Assembly: GCA_964626715.1 (NCBI GenBank)
Contig: CAZVGP010000002.1
Span: 1 to 27,194, forward strand
Origin: an uncultured Candidatus Saccharibacteria bacterium
GTDB lineage: Bacteria; Patescibacteriota; Minisyncoccia; Phycocordibacterales; Phycocordibacteraceae
DNA length: 27,194 nucleotides
Direction of reading: 5' to 3'
Within the stretch, counting starts at the first letter, position 1, and each line of letters opens with the position of its first letter. Made by a program: the position numbers and the translations under genes. This document shows, piece by piece, positions 7,314 through 17,128 of this stretch. Below the pieces are notes generated by a model. The model did no database searches, had not been told where the DNA came from, and saw only the letters and a list, made by a program, of their open reading frames with translations.

Positions 7314-8404
7314 AAATCGTCATCATAGTGCAAAACATGGTTACCGGAGGAGTCGCCCGCCTCATTGTTGATGAGATAAACGAACTGGAACGGCGGGGTG
7401 TGCCCGTGTGGCTCATATTCTTCGAGCGGTTACAAGCGGGGAACACGCTTATTGATGGATGCAGTCTGCCTTCCGAACGAAAAATATATATACCCTACCC
7501 ACGCCTGCGGAGCATAACCGGGATGTTCGCACTCGTGCGCTTATTGCGTCATATCCAGCCTGATGTGGTTTTCACGCACATGTGGTTTGCTAACACCGTT
7601 GGGCGTTTTGCTGCCTGCATCGCGGGCATCCCCCAAATCTATATATTTGAGCACAGTGAATACGATACGGTGAAATCCAGAAAGCAGTTCATGTTGGACA
7701 TGCTTCTCCAGCATATCACGACACGTGTCATCGCGGTTTCAGATGCTGTGAAGGGGTCTCTCATCAGGCATCGAATCTATCCAAAGAAAATAACGGTCAT
7801 TCACAACGGGGTTGATTTGACAGGATATACGCATAAAGAAGTTGCCAGCAGCATTCGTGCAGAACTTTCCGTGCCTGCAGAAGCATTCCTGTATATCTTT
7901 GTCGGAAGGCTTATCGGTGATAAGGGAGTTGATGTCTTGCTTCGCGCTTTAGCAAAATTACCGCAGGATATCCGCTTGCTCGTTGCGGGGACTGGCCCTG
8001 AAGCGGCAGCGCTTCAATCACTTTCACACGCACTCGGCGTTAGCGATCGGGCATATTTTTTGGGCGTACGCAACGATGTATCGCGATTACTTTCTGGGTC
8101 AGATGCGCTCGTTCTTCCCTCGCGCCGCGAAGGGTTCGGGTTGGTTATTATTGAGGCGCATGCGGCGGGGTTACCCGTCATTGTCACCGATTTTAAAACT
8201 TCTTCTGATGTCGTTCGAGACGGTGTCGACGGCCTTATTGTGCCACGTGATGATGCCGATGCACTGGCGGCTGCTATGAAGAAGCTCGCCACCGATACGT
8301 TGTTTTATCAAGAACTTGCACGTGCGGCGCCGCAGGATTTGGATGACGTATCCATAGTACACAATGTCGATGCGCTTCTTGCCCTTGCCAGGCGGGAACC
8401 CTAA
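7310..8404 (+). CDS. Glycosyltransferase family 4
   Basis: MKIVIIVQNMVTGG, IHNGVD, FVGRLIGDKG, EGFGLVIIEAHAAGLPVI. ATGA overlap at 7310-7313. Confidence 0.92.
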   Translation: MKIVIIVQNMVTGGVARLIVDEINELERRGVPVWLIFFERLQAGNTLIDGCSLPSERKIYIPYPRLRSITGMFALVRLLRHIQPDVVFTHMWFANTVGRFAACIAGIPQIYIFEHSEYDTVKSRKQFMLDMLLQHITTRVIAVSDAVKGSLIRHRIYPKKITVIHNGVDLTGYTHKEVASSIRAELSVPAEAFLYIFVGRLIGDKGVDVLLRALAKLPQDIRLLVAGTGPEAAALQSLSHALGVSDRAYFLGVRNDVSRLLSGSDALVLPSRREGFGLVIIEAHAAGLPVIVTDFKTSSDVVRDGVDGLIVPRDDADALAAAMKKLATDTLFYQELARAAPQDLDDVSIVHNVDALLALARREP

Positions 8405-8444
8405 CATATTTGTACCTGGCCGCGAGAAAGCGTTGAGAAGGCGC

Positions 8445-8450
8445 TACAAT
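8445..8450 (+). promoter_or_regulatory. -10-like TACAAT upstream of GTG 8464
   Basis: gcgcTACAATagctacgagtaacGTG in a 59-nt intergenic gap; no well-spaced -35. Confidence 0.3.
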
Positions 8451-8463
8451 AGCTACGAGTAAC

Positions 8464-9978
8464 GTGTCACAGAAAATCATTTCCTACACCGAATCCATTC
8501 GCCAGCTGGTTTCTTCGCGTCTTTTTGAAATTATCGTCTGTGCAGTTCTGTTTCTGGTCGCGCTTTTATTCGCGACGTATCATCTCACTGAAAGCCCTGC
8601 CGTCTGGTACGACGAGGGGTTCTATACACAGCTTGCCCTCAACGCTTCCCACGGTGACGGATTCCGCTTGCAGATCGAGCCCGGAGGGCTCGTTTCCGGG
8701 AGCGCCGTAACTGCTGGGTATCCGCTGACTGCACCGGTCGCGCTTTCGTACCTGGTGTTCGGCCAGAGCGTTTTTGCCGGAAGGATCGTGATGGTTCTTT
8801 TTATCCTCGCGCTTCTCGTGAGTTCCTATGCATTCGTGCGGAAGCTGTACGGCGCTTCTGCCGCGATGCTCTCGGCGCTTCTTTTTGTCACGTTCCCGGT
8901 TTTGTACGGAGATGGCAAGAGTGTGCTCGGCGAAGTGCCCGGGCTTTTTTTTGTAATGCTCACGTTCATTTCGCTCCTTGCGCTTGAAAGGCACGAATGG
9001 CGGGGCGTCTGGCGTTTCGTGCTTCTCGGTCTTTTTTCTGGGTTAGCGATCGTGACGAAACCGATTTATATCCTTCTCCTACCGGCCGCATTCGTCGGCA
9101 TCCTCTGGCGCGGCCGCGCATTCTTTCGGCAGCCTCTCGGCATCCTGGCCGCTGCCGCCGCCTTCGGGGTTGCGTTCGGGACATGGATCCTCACACAGTT
9201 CACCGGCACGGATTCTCTCGGCACCATGCTTTCCTTTTATCTGAATCCCTACGAAGCGGGAGATATCGTGCGACTCATGCTCGAGAACCTGCTTCGTTTT
9301 GTGAAGGAGGCAAGCCCGCTCTACCTTCTCTTTTTCCTTGCCGTGTGGTGGGGAAGCTTGTGGTTGCGACGGAAAACAGTTACTGTCGTCGAAGGTACTG
9401 CGGCCGCATTCGCCTGCCTCGTTGTTCTCTTTTACCTCCGCACGCCAGGGTGGTATCGCTATTTCTTTCCGGCACAGATCATAGCGTTATTGTTTTTGCC
9501 TGCAGCTCTGCTCTACCTTGCTTCCTCGATCAGTAATCGGTTTTCCCGTGTCCGGCCTCATCTTCTAATGCTTCTCGTATGCACACTCATCGCGCTACTG
9601 GCAGGAATCCAGCTCTATCAGCTCTCCAGGACCTCGTATGTCGCTTCGTACTACCACAGCACGCGCACCGCGGCGCTTACGGCTTATTTCGATACACTCT
9701 CAACGGATACGAGCATATTTGCCTACAACGTCCCGGAAACAGTGGTCTTTTTCAAGACAAAAGAGTATTATCAATACCTAGCGCCGCATCCGGAGCAGAT
9801 CATCGGCGGGGAAGCATTGCATGCCCTTGTCGCAGGCTCTGCCGATATTGTTATCGTAAATGACGCGACCTACAAGCAAAACTCCGTTCCTTTCAGTGCG
9901 TACGCTCCTCAACAAACTGTAAGCCACTATGTCATCCTCGCAAAAAAAGCTTCTCTCCCTGGTCATTCCGGTCTTTAA
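8464..9978 (+). CDS. Integral-membrane GT-C glycosyltransferase (ArnT/PMT-like, GT39/GT83-type)
   Basis: About 11-13 hydrophobic segments, WYDEGFY acidic motif after TM1, GLAIVTKP, and a soluble C-terminal tail. Confidence 0.85.
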   Translation: MSQKIISYTESIRQLVSSRLFEIIVCAVLFLVALLFATYHLTESPAVWYDEGFYTQLALNASHGDGFRLQIEPGGLVSGSAVTAGYPLTAPVALSYLVFGQSVFAGRIVMVLFILALLVSSYAFVRKLYGASAAMLSALLFVTFPVLYGDGKSVLGEVPGLFFVMLTFISLLALERHEWRGVWRFVLLGLFSGLAIVTKPIYILLLPAAFVGILWRGRAFFRQPLGILAAAAAFGVAFGTWILTQFTGTDSLGTMLSFYLNPYEAGDIVRLMLENLLRFVKEASPLYLLFFLAVWWGSLWLRRKTVTVVEGTAAAFACLVVLFYLRTPGWYRYFFPAQIIALLFLPAALLYLASSISNRFSRVRPHLLMLLVCTLIALLAGIQLYQLSRTSYVASYYHSTRTAALTAYFDTLSTDTSIFAYNVPETVVFFKTKEYYQYLAPHPEQIIGGEALHALVAGSADIVIVNDATYKQNSVPFSAYAPQQTVSHYVILAKKASLPGHSGL

Positions 9979-10891
9979 TGAAGAAGCGAACATCCGCCGT
10001 GTTTTCGAAGCGGTGATGAACGTGCTCGCTGGCAGTCCCTATGCGCTCGAGGTGATTTTCGTCAATGACGGTTCGTCTGACAGGAGCGCAGAACGGATCG
10101 AAGCACTAGCCAAGGAAAACTCCCAGGTCATTTCTATAGAGCTCTCGCGCAATTTTGGAAAGGAGGTTGCGCTTACAGCTGGCATCACCGAAGCGAAAGG
10201 CGATGCGGTTATCATGCTCGATGCCGACCTTCAGCATCCGCCCGCGCGCATCCCGGATTTTATTTCCGAATGGGAGCGCGGTGCAGAGGTAGTCATCGGT
10301 GTACGCGCCATAAGCGAACGGGAGTCGCTATTCCGACGCACCGGTTCTCGCATGTTCACTTTTCTTATGAACACCATCAGCGACATGCCGGCGGTACTTC
10401 ATGAAACTGATTTTCGTCTGATAGATAGGAAGGTGGCGGAAGAGTTCCGCCGTTTCGGCGAACACCGCCGTATCACGCGCGGCATCATCGATTGGCTCGG
10501 ATTCCGTCGCGCATTTGTGGGCTTTTCCGCTCCGGTGCGTGCCGCAGGAGGAAGGCGCTATAGCTATAAAAAACTTTTCGGGCTTGCATTTTCTGCGATT
10601 ATCGCGCACAGTTTTTTTCCGCTCCGTATCACGGGCTACCTCGGCCTTTTGGTTACGGCTTTTGCGGGGTTACTCGGCACGTTCATTATCATCGAACAGC
10701 CGCTTTTGGGAGATCCTCTCAATTTAGAAGTCTCGGGCACCGCGATGGTCGCCGTGATGATTTTGTTCCTGGTCGGCATCATTCTCACTGCCTTGGGGCT
10801 TCTAGCGCTCTATATAGAAAGCATAAAAAATGAAGTGACGGCTCGGCCGCTCTATGCGGTACGGAAAAGAACAGATTCGCAGAATGCATAA
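9929..10891 (+). CDS. Polyprenol-phosphate glycosyltransferase, GT2 (GtrB/ArnC-like)
   Basis: LVIPVFNEE, VNDGSSD, LSRNFGKEVALTAG, MLDADLQHPP, two C-terminal TM helices, RPLY tail. Confidence 0.92.
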   Translation: MSSSQKKLLSLVIPVFNEEANIRRVFEAVMNVLAGSPYALEVIFVNDGSSDRSAERIEALAKENSQVISIELSRNFGKEVALTAGITEAKGDAVIMLDADLQHPPARIPDFISEWERGAEVVIGVRAISERESLFRRTGSRMFTFLMNTISDMPAVLHETDFRLIDRKVAEEFRRFGEHRRITRGIIDWLGFRRAFVGFSAPVRAAGGRRYSYKKLFGLAFSAIIAHSFFPLRITGYLGLLVTAFAGLLGTFIIIEQPLLGDPLNLEVSGTAMVAVMILFLVGIILTALGLLALYIESIKNEVTARPLYAVRKRTDSQNA

Positions 10892-10896
10892 GCACG

Positions 10897-12189
10897 ATGC
10901 GCGACATTCTTGTCACCGCGGACGATCTCGGGCTTACTCAAGGCGTTACTGATTCTATCTTAGAGACTGCTGATGCTGGCGTGGTCAGGGCTGTCAGCAT
11001 TCTCGCAAATGGCGAAGCGACGGAGTATGCGCTTGGCGAGTACTTGAAGCGGAAAGATCATCTGCAGCTTTTCGTGCACCTGAATCTTACGGATGGGCGC
11101 CCTGTTTCAGCTCTTTCTGCGGTCCCGCTTCTTCTTAACGCAAAGGGCATGTTCCGTTATTCAGTAGGTGGCCTGCTGATCCGCTATGTTTTTTTATCAT
11201 CTTCGAGGCGCGCAGAACTGCGCGAGCAGATACGCCGAGAACTCTCGGCGCAGTATGCGTTAGTGCGTGATGGAATCGAAGGGGTAGGGAAGATCAACGG
11301 GGTAAACGGCCATCAGCACGTACACATGGTGCCCTTCGTGTTTGACGTGATCGTCGCGTTGCCTACTATTTCTTCGATTCGCATTCCTCGTGAGCCTTTT
11401 CATATACCAGCAGTCGGTTCGCTTCTTTCAATAGGGACGCGTATCCCCGGATGGATAGCACTGATGATATTTTCAAAAAGGAATCGTGCCCGTGTGTTGC
11501 CGGATCGTATAACAACGGATTACTTTGCCGGGGCGCTCTATTCAGGGCGCATGTCATTCGCTTCTACGTGGGCAGCTCTCAGGAAATTTACAGCAATTCG
11601 CACCCCGTTTTCGGTCGAACTACTCTTTCATCCGTGGCTCGCTACTCAAGCAGAGCTTGAACGATGGAGCGGCAAGCCCGTTGCATCCATGTGGTATTCA
11701 CGGCAGAGAGGCCAGGAACATGCCCTTGTCTTGAGCGGCGAATGCAGAACACTGATACAAGATTTTTCCGAAGGCCGGCCTTCTTCAGCCGATGCAGGCA
11801 TTTCGAAGATCTTTCGTTTTCTGATTTCCGGCACTCTCGCCGCGTTCGTGAATCTTACGGCACTCTATGTGCTCACGAGCCTGCTGGGCGTGTGGTATAT
11901 GTATTCTCTCGTTCTGTCGTTTTTAGTCGCGTTCGCGGTGAGCTTTACTTTACAGAAATTCTGGACGTTTCAAGATACTGCGGTGCATCAGGCAGACAGA
12001 CAACTGATTCAGTTTTTGCTTTTGCAGATTCTGAATCTCGCCGTTAATGCCATTGCCGTGTATGTGCTCGTCGAATATGTTCAGGTATGGTATCTGTCCG
12101 CGCAATTTCTCACTCTTATCGCGATTGCCGCCTGGACGTTTCTTGCTTCTCATTTCATATTCAATATCGATAGTAAGAATCAAACATGA
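10897..12189 (+). CDS. YdjC/ChbG (HpnK/NaxD-like) carbohydrate deacetylase fused to a C-terminal GtrA-like flippase domain
   Basis: N-terminal VTADDLG, HLNLTDG.P, GHQHVH, ELLFHP. C-terminal RFLISG...FTLQKFWTF...four TM helices, typical of GtrA. Confidence 0.85.
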   Translation: MRDILVTADDLGLTQGVTDSILETADAGVVRAVSILANGEATEYALGEYLKRKDHLQLFVHLNLTDGRPVSALSAVPLLLNAKGMFRYSVGGLLIRYVFLSSSRRAELREQIRRELSAQYALVRDGIEGVGKINGVNGHQHVHMVPFVFDVIVALPTISSIRIPREPFHIPAVGSLLSIGTRIPGWIALMIFSKRNRARVLPDRITTDYFAGALYSGRMSFASTWAALRKFTAIRTPFSVELLFHPWLATQAELERWSGKPVASMWYSRQRGQEHALVLSGECRTLIQDFSEGRPSSADAGISKIFRFLISGTLAAFVNLTALYVLTSLLGVWYMYSLVLSFLVAFAVSFTLQKFWTFQDTAVHQADRQLIQFLLLQILNLAVNAIAVYVLVEYVQVWYLSAQFLTLIAIAAWTFLASHFIFNIDSKNQT

Positions 12190-14372
12190 ACATCCTCTAC
12201 ATCGCCAACATCCGATTCCCGACCGAGATGGCGCATGGTGCGCAGATCGCCAAAGCGTGCGAGGCGTTTGCCGCGGCGGGAGAGCATGTGGAACTTCTGG
12301 TGCCGAACCGGTGGACACCGATCACCGAGTCGTGGCAAGCGTACTACGGGGTACGGATATCTTTCCCTGTCACAAAACTTCCGATTCCCGACACGGTCCG
12401 GAGATGGGGAAGCTTCGGTTTTATTGTGCAGATACTTTCATTCGCTTTTGCCCTAGCGCGATACGCGAAAAAGCGAAAAGCCGATGTCGTGTACGGCCGC
12501 GATGAGCATGTGCTGTTTCTCGCGCTGCTTTTCGGCGTGCGGAATGTTGTGTGGGAATCACACGACGGCGCATGGAACTTTTCCGCGCGCTTCGTCGTGA
12601 AACGTGCGGGAAAGTTGGTCGTCGTCTCCGAAGGACAGCGCACGTTCTATACCCAGAAAGGAATTCCAGCCGGAAAAATACTTGCCATAGCGAACGGTGT
12701 CGATGTCGAATCATTCGCGCACGTCGAATCAAGAGAAAAAGTGCGGAAACGTCTCGGCCTCCTGCCGGATGCATTTATTGCGCTCTATGTCGGCGCATTG
12801 AATGGCTGGAAAGGGACCGGAACGCTTTTCGAAGCCGCGAAGCTTCTTCCCGATGTTCGTGTCGTCGCTATCGGCGGGTATCCGAGGCAAGTAGAAACCC
12901 TGCGCAAGCGCTATCCGCAGGTCACGTTTCTCGGGGCTCGCCCGTATTCGGAGCTCCCCGACAATCTTTCAGCCGCTGATGTGTGTGTCCTACCGAATAC
13001 GGGCACAGACCCAGTGTCGGTTTCATTTACTTCACCCCTGAAGCTCTTGGCGTATATGGCGGCAGGAAAGCCGGTCGTCGCTTCTGATTTGCCGAGCGTG
13101 CGGGAACTTGCGGGAGATGACGCCGCTCTCTACGTACCCTCGGATAATTCGTCAGCCCTCGCAGGGGGCATAGAGCATCTTCGAAAAAATGCTGCTATCG
13201 CGAAGCGTCTTGGCAAGAGAGCCCGGGAGCAGAGCTTTTCGTTTGACTGGTCAATACGGGCAAAACGCATCCTCTCGCATCTCAATTCGCATCAGACATC
13301 CGTTCTTGCAATATATCGCGGCAGGCTCTCGGAGAATCGCGGCACGCCCATACGCGTCCGGAGCATTCTTGAACGCTTGGCAAAAGACAAGCGCTTTTCA
13401 CTCACCGTCGCGTCCTGGGACGACACGCTGCCCTTTGCAGCTTCTCGCGTTTATCTCTCAAACGGGAAGTACCAGGACCTAGAAGTTCTTCTTCGCGTCG
13501 TGCGACAGGAACGTGTGCGCATCATCATCGGCCACACCATGTCTGCGTGGTACTATCTTGCACTTTTGAAAATCATGACTGGCGTAAAAATCGTCCTTGA
13601 GATGCACGGCTTTCTGGAAATCGAGGCTCGCTTCTACGGCTCTATCGGCATATTCCGCTACTGGTTTGAACGCGGCATCTACGGGCTTTTCTACCCAATG
13701 TGTGGCCTCATCACGACCTGCAGCGAGAACGCCGCAGAAATTCTCTCCCGCTATAATTCCTCCGTTGCGCCGATATATGGCGGAGTCGACACAAACCTGT
13801 TCCGCCCTGATGTCAGACCGGGAACATTCTTTGATCGCGCGCCAGGTGATATCGTTATCGGCTATGCCGGGAACCTGCGCAAGTGGCAAGGCGTGCCGTT
13901 CCTTCTGGATGCGTTTAAAAAGCTTCGTGCGAAGGATCCCCTCTTCCGACTGGCCATACTCTCGAGCGAGGAAAAAAATCTTCCATCGGGGGGCGGTATT
14001 ACCGTTGTTCCCGGCGTTTTGCACGAGCGGGTCCCGGCATTCCTTGCCGCGTGCGACATCCTTGTCATTCCACGCGTCGAAGACGCCGTGAGCCGGATCT
14101 CGTTTCCCTCCAAGCTTCCCGAGTATCTTTCGATGGGGAAGCCGGTCGTCGCAAGCGCTACCTCCGATGCAGACCGGGTCATTGCGGACGGCGTCGACGG
14201 GTTCGTGTTTCCGCCAGGCGATACGGATGCGTTTCTCGGCATACTGCGCTCGCTCAAAGACGCGGCGCTTCGCGAGCGGGTCGGGAACGCCGCTCGCGAG
14301 ACGGCGCTTCGTAACTTTTCATGGGACAGGCAGGTTGGTATACTGGCCTCACGATTAGAGGTTATTTCCTAA
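12186..14372 (+). CDS. Fusion of two GT4 glycosyltransferase modules
   Basis: 728 aa with two complete GT-B units (FTSPLKLLAYMAAGKPVVASD; FPSKLPEYLSMGKPVVAS). Confidence 0.88.
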   Translation: MNILYIANIRFPTEMAHGAQIAKACEAFAAAGEHVELLVPNRWTPITESWQAYYGVRISFPVTKLPIPDTVRRWGSFGFIVQILSFAFALARYAKKRKADVVYGRDEHVLFLALLFGVRNVVWESHDGAWNFSARFVVKRAGKLVVVSEGQRTFYTQKGIPAGKILAIANGVDVESFAHVESREKVRKRLGLLPDAFIALYVGALNGWKGTGTLFEAAKLLPDVRVVAIGGYPRQVETLRKRYPQVTFLGARPYSELPDNLSAADVCVLPNTGTDPVSVSFTSPLKLLAYMAAGKPVVASDLPSVRELAGDDAALYVPSDNSSALAGGIEHLRKNAAIAKRLGKRAREQSFSFDWSIRAKRILSHLNSHQTSVLAIYRGRLSENRGTPIRVRSILERLAKDKRFSLTVASWDDTLPFAASRVYLSNGKYQDLEVLLRVVRQERVRIIIGHTMSAWYYLALLKIMTGVKIVLEMHGFLEIEARFYGSIGIFRYWFERGIYGLFYPMCGLITTCSENAAEILSRYNSSVAPIYGGVDTNLFRPDVRPGTFFDRAPGDIVIGYAGNLRKWQGVPFLLDAFKKLRAKDPLFRLAILSSEEKNLPSGGGITVVPGVLHERVPAFLAACDILVIPRVEDAVSRISFPSKLPEYLSMGKPVVASATSDADRVIADGVDGFVFPPGDTDAFLGILRSLKDAALRERVGNAARETALRNFSWDRQVGILASRLEVIS

Positions 14373-14393
14373 TGACGCCCGTGTAGCACCCGT

Positions 14394-14981
14394 ATGTCGA
14401 AAGAAGATTGGGCAGAAAATACGCTTCCTAAGATTTTCGCTCAGGCACATCTGTGGCCGTGGAAAGAAGGAGAGATCGAATCGGTTTTAGATGTCGGGTG
14501 CGGCCTCGCCCTGAAATCGAAATACATTCCTGCGCAGATCAGGGTCGGCGTCGACATCCACGAGCCATATTTCTCGCATATCGAATCCGATGTGCCGTAT
14601 GTCGTGGTGAAGTATGACGTCAGGAAGTTGCGTGATGTGTTCGTACCGAAAAGCTTTGACCTCGTGATCGGCTGCGACATTATAGAGCATTTGGAAAAGG
14701 ACGAAGGATTTGAGTTGCTCCGGCAGTGCGAGGAAATCGCCCGAAAAGCAGTCATTTCTGAAAATCCTCGCGGCTTCATCCCGCAGGACCTGGACATCCT
14801 CGGCTACGGCGGCGACCACTGGCAGACGCATCGCTCGGCATGGGAACCGCATGAGTTCGAAAAGCTGGGCTACAAAGTTCTCGTTCGCAATTATACGATG
14901 AGCGACAAAAAACGCCATTCCACTATTATCGGCATCGACCCGCACGTGCAGATGCTGGACGCGATCAAATTCATCGTTTGA
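14394..14981 (+). CDS. Class I SAM-dependent methyltransferase
   Basis: VLDVGCG motif I, VGVD, SFDLVIGCDIIEHL. Confidence 0.85.
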   Translation: MSKEDWAENTLPKIFAQAHLWPWKEGEIESVLDVGCGLALKSKYIPAQIRVGVDIHEPYFSHIESDVPYVVVKYDVRKLRDVFVPKSFDLVIGCDIIEHLEKDEGFELLRQCEEIARKAVISENPRGFIPQDLDILGYGGDHWQTHRSAWEPHEFEKLGYKVLVRNYTMSDKKRHSTIIGIDPHVQMLDAIKFIV

Positions 14982-14984
14982 ACC

Positions 14985-15989
14985 ATGAATCTCAGACATC
15001 TCGTTATCACAGGGGGAACCGGTTCGTTCGGGAACGCGATGGTGAATCGGTTGCTCGACGAGCCCGGCGTTGAAAAAATAACCATCTTCAGCCGCGACGA
15101 ACTGAAACAGCACGACATGCGCGAGCGGTTGGACTCGCCGAAGCTCGCATTCTTTATTGGCGACGTGCGCGATACAGAAGCGGTACAGGATGCGCTCTCC
15201 GGCGCGGATGCCGTATTCCATGCGGCGGCCTTAAAGCAGGTACCGACCGGCGAGTTCTTTCCGATGGAAGATGTCCGTACGAACACGATCGGCACGCACC
15301 ATGTCCTGGATCTAGCGGAAAAATGCGGCGTGAAGAAAGTTGTCGTACTCTCGACCGACAAGGCCGTCTATCCCATAAATGTCATGGGCATGTCAAAGGC
15401 ACTTGCCGAAAAGATTACCGAGGCGAAAGGCCGTACCTGCAAGAGCGATACCATCTTCACAATCACCCGCTATGGCAACGTTATGGCGTCGCGCGGTTCC
15501 GTCATCCCGCTGTTTATTGATCACATCAAACGTGGAGAAACGATTCCGATAACAGACCCGAGCATGACACGCTTCCTCTTGTCTCTTGAAGACGCGATTG
15601 ACCTGGTGTTGTTTGCGTTTGGAAACGCAAAACAAGGCGACTTGTTCATACGCAAGGCCCCGGCCGCTACCGTTCAAACGCTCGCGCAGGCTTTGTTGAA
15701 TATTTTTGAAGCAAAAAATCCAATACGCGTTATCGGCACACGTGCGGGAGAGAAGATCCACGAAACGCTTGCAACAGGGCTTGAGCTTGCTGTGGCAAAA
15801 GATATGGGGGACTATTTCAGGATCCCGAAACTGGTAAGCGGTTTGGACTATGAAAAGTTTTACAATGAGGGCGTGATCAAGAAAACCGCCGGAGACTACA
15901 CATCAGAAAATACCACTCGTCTCGACGTTCCCCAGACAGAAGCGCTGTTGCGGAGTTTGCCCTATATACAAAAGATGCTCAAACAATGA
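14985..15989 (+). CDS. fnlA: UDP-GlcNAc 4,6-dehydratase/epimerase (FnlA/WbjB/CapE)
   Basis: ITGGTGSFG, FSRDE.KQ.DMR, IGDVRD, HAAALKQVP, LSTDKAVYPIN.MG.SKA, RYGNVMASRGSVIPLF, MTRF. Confidence 0.93.
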   Translation: MNLRHLVITGGTGSFGNAMVNRLLDEPGVEKITIFSRDELKQHDMRERLDSPKLAFFIGDVRDTEAVQDALSGADAVFHAAALKQVPTGEFFPMEDVRTNTIGTHHVLDLAEKCGVKKVVVLSTDKAVYPINVMGMSKALAEKITEAKGRTCKSDTIFTITRYGNVMASRGSVIPLFIDHIKRGETIPITDPSMTRFLLSLEDAIDLVLFAFGNAKQGDLFIRKAPAATVQTLAQALLNIFEAKNPIRVIGTRAGEKIHETLATGLELAVAKDMGDYFRIPKLVSGLDYEKFYNEGVIKKTAGDYTSENTTRLDVPQTEALLRSLPYIQKMLKQ

Positions 15990-17104
15990 TGCGGGTAGGA
16001 ATCACCGGCCCGACTGGATTTTTTGGCTATCACCTGCGATGGTTTCTGCTTCCGTATAAGAACGAAATCGAGGTAGTTACCATCGATCGTGATTTTTTTG
16101 AGGCGCGTCGCGATGAACTTCCCGGCATCGTCAAGACGTGTGATGCCATACTCCACCTCGCCGGAGCTCATCCAGGAAATACCAAAGATCAGGAGGCGAT
16201 ATACGCTATTAACATGGGACTGGTGCAGGCCCTCACTGCTGCATGCGATGAGGCGAAGGCAAAACCTTACATCATCTTTGCCTCTTCAACGCACGTGCAT
16301 CGCAATACGCCCTACGGCAAATCAAAAAAAGAGGTAGGAGCTTTCCTTACTGCATGGGGTAAAGAACGCGGCGCAAAAATTACGAATCTTATTATCCCAA
16401 ATGAGTTTGGCGAATGGGGAAATCCCCTTACCTCTTCCGTCGTATCAACATTTTGCCACCAGCTTGCAACCGGAGCTGAATCAACTATTGCAGAAGGAGT
16501 TTCTATACCGCTCATATACGCGCAAGATGTGGCGCGCCGCATATATGAGCTGCTCCACAGCCCCTCGGAGGGTGACAGAGAACTTGCGGGAGCCGATATG
16601 AGCGTGTCCGCTATCTACACGACCCTCAAAGGGTTCCTCGATTCATACGCCGAAGGTGTGATACCTGCGTACCATTCCGCCCTCGAACGACAATTGTTCA
16701 GCACCTTGCGTTCGCATCTTTTTACTAACGGTTTTTATCCGCGTGCGTTCCAGCCGAAGTCCGATGCGCGTGGAACGCTTGTCGAAGTCATAAAATCAGG
16801 AGGCGGCGGGCAAGCATTTCTTTCCACCACTGTTCCGGGTGCAACCCGTGGCAACCATTACCACGTGCGCAAGCTTGAGCGTTTTGCCGTGGTAAAAGGG
16901 AAGGCAATCATTCGTCTCCGGAAACTCCTTTTCGACGAGATTTTTTCATACGAGGTTTCCGGAGATCGTCCCACATACATCGACATGCCCGCATTCATGA
17001 CGCATAACATCACCAATACCGGCTCGGGAGAACTGGTTACCGCCTTTTGGACCGATGAACTCTATAATCCGATGGATGCGGATACCTTTCTCGAAAAAGT
17101 GTAG
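15986..17104 (+). CDS. fnlB: SDR plus cupin bifunctional epimerase/reductase (FnlB/WbjC/CapF)
   Basis: ITGPTGFFG, YGKSK, SVVSTFCH, D.RG..VE, RGNHYH cupin motif, HNITN, DTFLEKV tail. Confidence 0.88.
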   Translation: MMRVGITGPTGFFGYHLRWFLLPYKNEIEVVTIDRDFFEARRDELPGIVKTCDAILHLAGAHPGNTKDQEAIYAINMGLVQALTAACDEAKAKPYIIFASSTHVHRNTPYGKSKKEVGAFLTAWGKERGAKITNLIIPNEFGEWGNPLTSSVVSTFCHQLATGAESTIAEGVSIPLIYAQDVARRIYELLHSPSEGDRELAGADMSVSAIYTTLKGFLDSYAEGVIPAYHSALERQLFSTLRSHLFTNGFYPRAFQPKSDARGTLVEVIKSGGGGQAFLSTTVPGATRGNHYHVRKLERFAVVKGKAIIRLRKLLFDEIFSYEVSGDRPTYIDMPAFMTHNITNTGSGELVTAFWTDELYNPMDADTFLEKV

Positions 17105-17128
17105 TATATACGGTAACCGCTTACTCAT

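Noticed and set aside
14370-14396. taATGAcgcccgtgtagcacccgtATG, a possible collapsed element between the double GT4 and the methyltransferase
   Set aside because: It has ATG...ATG and CCCG, but the cccgt copies are direct rather than inverted and it is too short to support a call.
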